Source of the DNA: Elusimicrobiota bacterium
GTDB taxonomy: Bacteria > Elusimicrobiota > Endomicrobiia > Endomicrobiales > JBDRNC01
Length of the DNA stretch: 64,000 bases
Assembly: GCA_043811535.1 (NCBI GenBank)
Contig: JBDRNC010000018.1
Coordinates: forward strand, 32,001-96,000
Direction of reading: 5' to 3'
Shown: piece by piece, positions 59,101 to 64,000 of the stretch
Numbering within the stretch: position 1 is the stretch's first letter
Layout of the letters: each line of letters opens with the position of its first letter
Position numbers and translations under genes: made by a program
Notes under the pieces: model-generated
Databases searched by the model: none
The model's input: only the letters and a program-made list of their open reading frames with translations
What the model was told of the DNA's origin: nothing

Positions 59101-59611
59101 CTATCCTTTCGGCGTCCTTTATCTTTCCCTGCAGGAGCGCCGCCGCCACTTCGCCCGCAAGACATCCGGACATCGCCACAAGGCCCTTGGAATACTGTCT
59201 GAGGACTTCCTTATCCACGCGCGGCTTATAATAGAATCCTTCCAGGAAACCGATGCTGACCAGTTTCATCAGGTTCTGATAGCCCTGCATGTCGCGCGCC
59301 AGCAGGGTCAGGTGATAATAATTCTCTCCGGAAACCTTATCGGTCGCGCGCTCAAGGCGCGAACCGGGCGCGACATAGACCTCGCATCCGATTATCGGTT
59401 TTATGCCGGCAACGCGGCACGCCATATAGAATTCAATCGCGCCGTACATATTGCCGTGGTCGGTAATCGCCAGGGCAGGCATCTTGAACTGGTTCGCGAC
59501 CGTCTGTATCAGCTCGCCGGGCTTCCCGCGGTCATCCAGAATGCGGCAAGCGCCGTCCAGCAGCGAATATTCCGTATGATTGTGTAGATGGACGAATTGT
59601 GAATGTGGCAT
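56105..59611 (-). CDS. dnaE: DNA polymerase III alpha subunit
   Basis: FVHLH.HTEYSLLDGA, GRGSGAGS, PDLDIDF, YGFNKSH, OB fold; no intein. Confidence 0.98.
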   Translation of the reverse strand: MPHSQFVHLHNHTEYSLLDGACRILDDRGKPGELIQTVANQFKMPALAITDHGNMYGAIEFYMACRVAGIKPIIGCEVYVAPGSRLERATDKVSGENYYHLTLLARDMQGYQNLMKLVSIGFLEGFYYKPRVDKEVLRQYSKGLVAMSGCLAGEVAAALLQGKIKDAERIAYEYRNIFEPGMFYIELMDNGLEEQKKVIPLQLELAKKTDIPIVATNDCHFLKKEDAFNHDVLLCIGTGKTLDEPDRLKFSSDLFYYRPPQEMIQLFSHSPEAVKNTVEIAEKCSLEIKFDKLYLPDYPVPAGKTAEKYLDELCGEGLKKRYAVPSAEHTGRLEHELSIINKMGFAPYFLIVWDFIKYAKSGGIPVGPGRGSGAGSIVAYVLGITDICPLKYGLLFERFLNPERHTMPDLDIDFADTGRDRVIEYVRNKYGQNNCAQIITFGSMQARLVIRDVARALGFAVSDADRIAKLIPFGSNIYSAMQSISELKSLARTDEKIAKLIDVSRKLEGLKRHTGVHAAGMVIAKDEITKFSPLSKGSRDIITTQYDGDQLSKLGLLKVDFLGLRTLTVLDDTVEMIKKRGNKDFSLSDIPLDDKKTFKLFHEARTLGIFQLESRGMRDLLRKLKPTDIEDIIALISLYRPGPMGSGMIDDFVARKHQRVKVKYEHPLLEPILKDTYGVIVYQEQVMRIAVDMAGFTAGQADTLRRAMSKKIPEEMEKYRDIFLQGAHKNNVDRATAVKVFEQMAQFAGYGFNKSHAAAYGIVAFQTAYCKANYPIEYMTALLNSEIGRSAIGKEEEESKSVTYIQECESVGIKIFSPDIQSSDVRFAIEGDGIKFGLLAVKNVGDAAIEGIIAARKENGEFKSWEDFLSRVDVRTANRKVLESLIKAGAFDCFGESHTYTRAELVTKLDMSLDWANSRKQDLSAGQGLLFGASDMARDLDRKVKFEPWSEHTTLANEREVLGFYLSGHPLAQHRHDLMRLSQYRLDRLPPPPQGQGQGPIIRVAGMITSAKKLVTKQKKEQYARFKLEDLHGEIEIVVLPRNYGGGLSKYIVPNSLVVVKGRFSGSDGQAEILAEQIMTFEEAKQKLPVFSGKVKIKLSSAGLEDGLLDKIKKVITEHPGTSPVILEVLVHGQGEYIVDTDMYAKAEEKFFHEVDKILGSEALELVS

Positions 59612-59724
59612 AGTAATTGTGTAATGTGTTATGTTGAATGTGTAATGAAGTGTGTCTGATGCGATGAATTCCGTTTCATCACACTTTACACATTAAACAT
59701 TACACAAATATCGCGTTGTTACTG

Positions 59725-62493
59725 TCATTGGAATGTTATCTGGTTCCAGACGGACGGATTCCTGAAAAATTCCTTATTGCCGAACCAGACGGATTGGGAT
59801 TCCCGCACTTCGCCGTTATCCCCGTCGTCTATCGCAAAGTTAAAACCGTATTTTTTGCCGGGTTGCGGCTTAAACCGGCCGAAATTGGAAAACGGTATCG
59901 CCGCTTCAACGGCATAACCGCCGCTTTTCTTTTTCACGGCAACACTGCCTTCGGCAAGCTTCCTTAACGTCGCGTTCCAGATGTAAGGTTTTTTGCCGAG
60001 TCCGTTCCCGGGGTTAATGATGAGCTGATAATCGCTCGTTGTAAAGTTTACGCGCCGCGGGCTGTCCTCAGGATTAGCGCCGAAAACCAGTTCCAGGGCG
60101 TCGCCGTTCCACAACTCGCCTTCTTTTAAACTATTTTTCAGCGGAACATCGTCTTTTATGTCGCAGAATATGTACAGCGCGCTGTCGTCCCATCCGAGAT
60201 AAATATCCGCGCTGAGATCCGCGTTGCTCTTCACTTCGCCTTCCACTGCACCGGCCTTTGTTATACGTACAACCGGAGACCGGGCCCATTCCCCCGCATT
60301 TCCGTCGATATCGACCGGCGACGTCAGCTTCGCCGCCGCAACGGGTTTCTTGTCCCAGAAAGGATTCAGTTTTTTCAATCCTTCCAGATAACTCTTCTGG
60401 CGGCCCTGTATCTTTTTAGGCGCGCTGAGAAGGCCTTTCGCTGAAGTAAGGAAGTAATCGTCTTTGATGACATCGCGGAAGGCTTCGGCGATATCCGGCT
60501 GGCCGTCTATCCTCCAGTCGGTTTCCTTGTTGATGTTGAACCAGACAGCGGCCTTTATCGCGGGGTATTTCTCTTTAAGGCACTTGCCCATGTCGCGTAT
60601 CCAGGCTATCTTGTCGCCGCCGACGTTTCCGCACCCGAACTCTCCTATCATTATAGGCTTTCCGGGAATATTTTCCACAACGTCGGAATAAACGCCCGCG
60701 AACAGCGTGTCAAACGAATTCCACCCGTAATTAAAACCAGGCTGTCTGCCGAAGTTGTATCCGTCTACGGCTATCCAGTCCACGTATTCGTCGCCGGGAT
60801 ACGCCTTGACTATTGTATTATCCGGGGTGGGCGGATAGGAAATGTTGTTCGGGCTCCAGAGCCAGATGACGTTTTTTGCGCCTTCCTTTTCAAAAACATC
60901 GTGAATGTAGCGGTACGCCCTGACGTATTTCTCCGGCCCGTTTTTGGGAACAGACCACGGATACCAGTCGCCGTTGAACTCGTGGCCCCACCGCAGCATG
61001 TAAGGTTTTCCCCACGCTTTTGAGTCGCGGGCCCATTTCGTTATATACGCGTCCCGTTTTCCCGCGAGAATGTCGTCAAGCGGAACCGCCGTGTGGTCAT
61101 CCATGCTCCACGCTTCCCACGTGATGTGCGGGATGTAGCCGGCGCTGTAAAGATTCTCGCAGTCTTTTGCGGGAAAATCGCGGCGCCAGTCCAGAAATCT
61201 CATCACCTGAGAGAATTTCTTGCCGAGCTTTTCTTCTGTCCTGCGCAGCGCGTTAAGATTTTCGGGATACGTCGCACCGAAAATCCCTATATAGCAGCCG
61301 TCGTCGCGGCTGTCAGAATTCACCACGGGATATGTCTTAAATAGTCCTTCGGAACTCTCTTCTGAACTTACGAACGATATATTGTCAACTTCAAACCAGC
61401 CCTTCTCGCCTTCGGCCATTGAACCGGTCTGGAACTGCAGCTTGTTGACCGCATTGAGATTGAACGGCTTGTTCTTTCCCCATCCTTCCTGCTCAAACGC
61501 GGAAAAAGGTATTTTATATTCTTTCCATTCGGCGGGCGTCGTCGTGATTAGATACTCGTGGTAATCGTAGTCCTCGACATCGGCGACTCCCACGTGCAGT
61601 TTGAGTTTCGCTCCGCTGCCCCTGAGCCAGAATTTCATCGTTTTGTATTGTGAAAGGTCGAGCGGCTCGCTGAACTCGGCCTTCGCTATAGCGTACCTGA
61701 ACCGGAAGGCAGGCCCCAGTTTATAGTCAAGCCTCAATGCCCCGCTGCTCCCGCCCTGCCCCTTAACGCCTGAAATTTCGCAGGTTGAATTGCCCTGATT
61801 TGCGGCGTCGCTTTCTTCCGCCCATTCATTCCCGAGCCGGTCGTAAGTATTTTTTTCAAAGTCGGCGTAAAGGAACTTGTCTCCGGTTATCGTTTTTGAA
61901 AACCCCGTCTCTTTCGTTAAGGAAATGTCGTCTATCTCAACGAATCCCTCTTCTCCGTCAACACCCGAACAGGCCTTTATCTCCAGTTTATATGCCAGCG
62001 CGGTGTTTAACTTGGCCTGTTTTCCCCATCCGCCCTGCTTAAAAGCCGAAAAGGGCACGTAATATTCCTTCCACTCGAGAGGCGTTTTATTGATCGTATA
62101 AACGTGAAAATCGTAGTCCTGCACCGACTTGGCGCAGATTGCGATATTCATCTTTTTTCCGCTGCCCTTTACCCAGAACCTTATGCCCGTATATTCCGAC
62201 CAGTTCCTTATCCCGGGATAGACAAGCGTAGCCATCGAATACCTGTATTCATAACGGGTGCCAAGCTCGTAATCAAACCTTAGCGCGCCCCTGCTCTTAT
62301 TCCTGCCTTGTATTATTTCAATGAAAGCATATGAATCGCCGCCGTTGGGGGTATCGTCTTCCGGCTTCCACTCCCCGCCGAAGGTATCCATCAGATTCAA
62401 GTCGTCAAAATTGTCGATTATCGCGGTATCCTGGCAATAACCCGCGACTGGAAGCAGCAAAAACATCAACCCGGCGATAATAATTTTTTTCAT
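59725..62493 (-). CDS. Secreted GH26 glycanase with two CBM11/CIA30-like domains and a C-terminal CBM9-like domain
   Basis: Two IDNFD/ADFE...GSG...EWKEY..PFS.F.Q.GWG domains; LRWGHEFNGDWYPW, YPGD.YVDW...DGYN, IGEFG; IDG..EW..WD..LY...DD...E.AIPF. Confidence 0.85.
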   Translation of the reverse strand: MKKIIIAGLMFLLLPVAGYCQDTAIIDNFDDLNLMDTFGGEWKPEDDTPNGGDSYAFIEIIQGRNKSRGALRFDYELGTRYEYRYSMATLVYPGIRNWSEYTGIRFWVKGSGKKMNIAICAKSVQDYDFHVYTINKTPLEWKEYYVPFSAFKQGGWGKQAKLNTALAYKLEIKACSGVDGEEGFVEIDDISLTKETGFSKTITGDKFLYADFEKNTYDRLGNEWAEESDAANQGNSTCEISGVKGQGGSSGALRLDYKLGPAFRFRYAIAKAEFSEPLDLSQYKTMKFWLRGSGAKLKLHVGVADVEDYDYHEYLITTTPAEWKEYKIPFSAFEQEGWGKNKPFNLNAVNKLQFQTGSMAEGEKGWFEVDNISFVSSEESSEGLFKTYPVVNSDSRDDGCYIGIFGATYPENLNALRRTEEKLGKKFSQVMRFLDWRRDFPAKDCENLYSAGYIPHITWEAWSMDDHTAVPLDDILAGKRDAYITKWARDSKAWGKPYMLRWGHEFNGDWYPWSVPKNGPEKYVRAYRYIHDVFEKEGAKNVIWLWSPNNISYPPTPDNTIVKAYPGDEYVDWIAVDGYNFGRQPGFNYGWNSFDTLFAGVYSDVVENIPGKPIMIGEFGCGNVGGDKIAWIRDMGKCLKEKYPAIKAAVWFNINKETDWRIDGQPDIAEAFRDVIKDDYFLTSAKGLLSAPKKIQGRQKSYLEGLKKLNPFWDKKPVAAAKLTSPVDIDGNAGEWARSPVVRITKAGAVEGEVKSNADLSADIYLGWDDSALYIFCDIKDDVPLKNSLKEGELWNGDALELVFGANPEDSPRRVNFTTSDYQLIINPGNGLGKKPYIWNATLRKLAEGSVAVKKKSGGYAVEAAIPFSNFGRFKPQPGKKYGFNFAIDDGDNGEVRESQSVWFGNKEFFRNPSVWNQITFQ

Positions 62494-62510
62494 AACGCAC
62501 CTTTTAAGAA

Positions 62511-63758
62511 TTATTCTTTTAACAGGGATTTCCCGGCAAGCAGAGCGTCAATCTCTTTCGCGAGTATTTTCTCTATATCCGGATCATAGCCGACGTGGAC
62601 GCTCTGTATAACGCCTTTCTTGTCCACGAGCACTAGCGTCGGATACGCGGTCACCCCGTATTTGTTTCCCGCGCCGCCGTCCGCGTCCAGCGCGACCGGG
62701 AACGAAAATTTCTGCTCGTCGATGAAACCCTGCACCGTCTTGCGGTCTTCCATGGAGTTTACAGCCACAAAAACGAAATTCTTGTTCTTGTACGCGTCGT
62801 TTATCTTCTGAAGCGCCGGCAGCTCTATCCTGCACGGAGGGCACCATGTCGCGAAAAAATCCAGAAGCACAACTTTGCCTTTCATCTTGGAAAACGAATA
62901 ATTGGTTCCCTGTTTCAGCCCCTCAAGTTTGAAATCCTGCGCCTTAGTCCCTGTAAGCTCTGATTTTTTATCGCTCATGGCCCCTTTTGAGGCTTCCTTG
63001 AGTAGATCGTCGACTTCCTGAGCGCCGTCGGGGGGCGTGAAATTGAATATTTCTTCTTTTATCGGTTTATTCACTATGATATTTTTGTGCAGTTCCTCGT
63101 ATTTGACATCCATCTCGGGCAGGCCGGGTACCACCTTGCTTTGCGCCTTCATCATTTCCGTCATATCCATGTAAAACTTCGTTATCAGATTTGTTTTCAC
63201 GTCTATCCAGAGCTCCACGTTCACTTTATCCTGCACGAGCACTATATGATAGTTCTTTTTACCGTCTATTTTTTCTTCGCCCGCAAGCTTCGTTTCCTTG
63301 ACGTCTTCCAATATCACCGCGAGCGGCTCATCGGCAAAAAGCTTCACAAAGCTGGCCGGCCCGGTGCTCTGAGAACCGACCAGGCTGTCTTTTGCCAGCT
63401 CTTCAAAATCCCGCGGCGCTTTCTTCGTGACGTACTTATTCAGCACGGGCATATATATCCACAGTTTATCTCCGTTTGCAACAAACGTTATCCCGGCTAT
63501 GCCTGTTTTCGCTATAGAGGAAACTTTGTTCGGCCTTTGCAGGGCGAACTGCGTATCAACGGAAAGTTTCTGCTGCATGCCTTTTGCGTTAATGTTTATT
63601 GACACTTCGGTCGAGTCCTGGTAGGTTTTCAGTTTCTTGTAGGTTTCCGCGGTCTTCGCGATGATATCCCGGGCGCTTAACTTCGCGGCTGACACATCGC
63701 AATAAAAAGTGAGCAGCAAAACGGCAGCGCATAAAGCAAAAACCAGATTATTTTTCAT
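62511..63758 (-). CDS. LolA-like (DUF2092) domain fused to a TlpA-type thioredoxin
   Basis: QRPNK, ANGD..W.Y.P, G.E.IDG, LWID, F.F.PP.GA; then DFFATWCPPCR.E.P. Confidence 0.85.
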   Translation of the reverse strand: MKNNLVFALCAAVLLLTFYCDVSAAKLSARDIIAKTAETYKKLKTYQDSTEVSININAKGMQQKLSVDTQFALQRPNKVSSIAKTGIAGITFVANGDKLWIYMPVLNKYVTKKAPRDFEELAKDSLVGSQSTGPASFVKLFADEPLAVILEDVKETKLAGEEKIDGKKNYHIVLVQDKVNVELWIDVKTNLITKFYMDMTEMMKAQSKVVPGLPEMDVKYEELHKNIIVNKPIKEEIFNFTPPDGAQEVDDLLKEASKGAMSDKKSELTGTKAQDFKLEGLKQGTNYSFSKMKGKVVLLDFFATWCPPCRIELPALQKINDAYKNKNFVFVAVNSMEDRKTVQGFIDEQKFSFPVALDADGGAGNKYGVTAYPTLVLVDKKGVIQSVHVGYDPDIEKILAKEIDALLAGKSLLKE

Positions 63759-63805
63759 TTTACCTCTTTTTTGGCGGAATACTCTTGAGATGTTTGATGC
63801 AGGTT

Positions 63806-64000
63806 TCAGGAAAGCCCGGCTCTTTTGAGAATTTCGGGGATATATTCTTCCATCCCTATCGCCATTATGTGAACGCCGTCGGCGAAGGTCTTGAGCCCTT
63901 GAATTATTTCGGCGCAGATATTAATGCCTTCTTCAAGCTGGTTGCCGGATCTTTCAATCCTTTTAACGGTTTCTTCCGGTATATTGACGCCGGGCAGCGC
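63806..64000 (-). CDS. metF: Methylenetetrahydrofolate reductase, 3' end (partial)
   Basis: Manual translation LPGVNIPEETVKRIE...GINICAEII...DGVHIMAIG...LKRAGLS*. Confidence 0.75.
   Translation of the reverse strand, partial: ALPGVNIPEETVKRIERSGNQLEEGINICAEIIQGLKTFADGVHIMAIGMEEYIPEILKRAGLS

Noticed and set aside
56105..59611. Intein or split dnaE
   Set aside because: Continuous ORF of normal length with no intein splice motifs.

Overview
64 kb of a diderm bacterial chromosome. It is probably an uncultured Elusimicrobiota-like anaerobe; this is inferred from protein style, a Re-citrate synthase, CHU_C/PorV-like export pairs and microsatellite-rich intergenic DNA, and is not verified. The housekeeping backbone is almost all on the minus strand: patatin, TolC, argH-argG-argD-argB, a Cas4-like nuclease, rsmD, yjbQ, a two-component pair, Re-citrate synthase, fba, accA, dnaE, the metF end, tRNA-Ala(GGC) and tRNA-Met(CAT). 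Accessory content includes two LacI-headed glycan-utilisation clusters, two more CAZymes, membrane glycosyltransferases and a 2636-aa secreted tail-fibre-like protein with an S74 chaperone. The most unusual signals are in the DNA itself. (1) Three cargo segments (3.4, 8.7 and 2.4 kb) are each bracketed by their own long direct repeat (40, 52 and 68 bp), with no integrase or transposase in the window. (2) A 114-bp inverted-repeat mini-element sits in frame inside a beta-galactosidase gene. (3) A conserved-box-plus-hairpin repeat family is arrayed both 3' of tRNA-Met and in the leader of a HEAT-repeat gene. (4) Inverted 7/8-mer microsatellite hairpins occur in many intergenic gaps, around a four-helix-bundle gene and inside signal peptides. 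(5) The tRNA-Ala has C33 in place of U33. No CRISPR array, reverse transcriptase, integrase or prophage was found.
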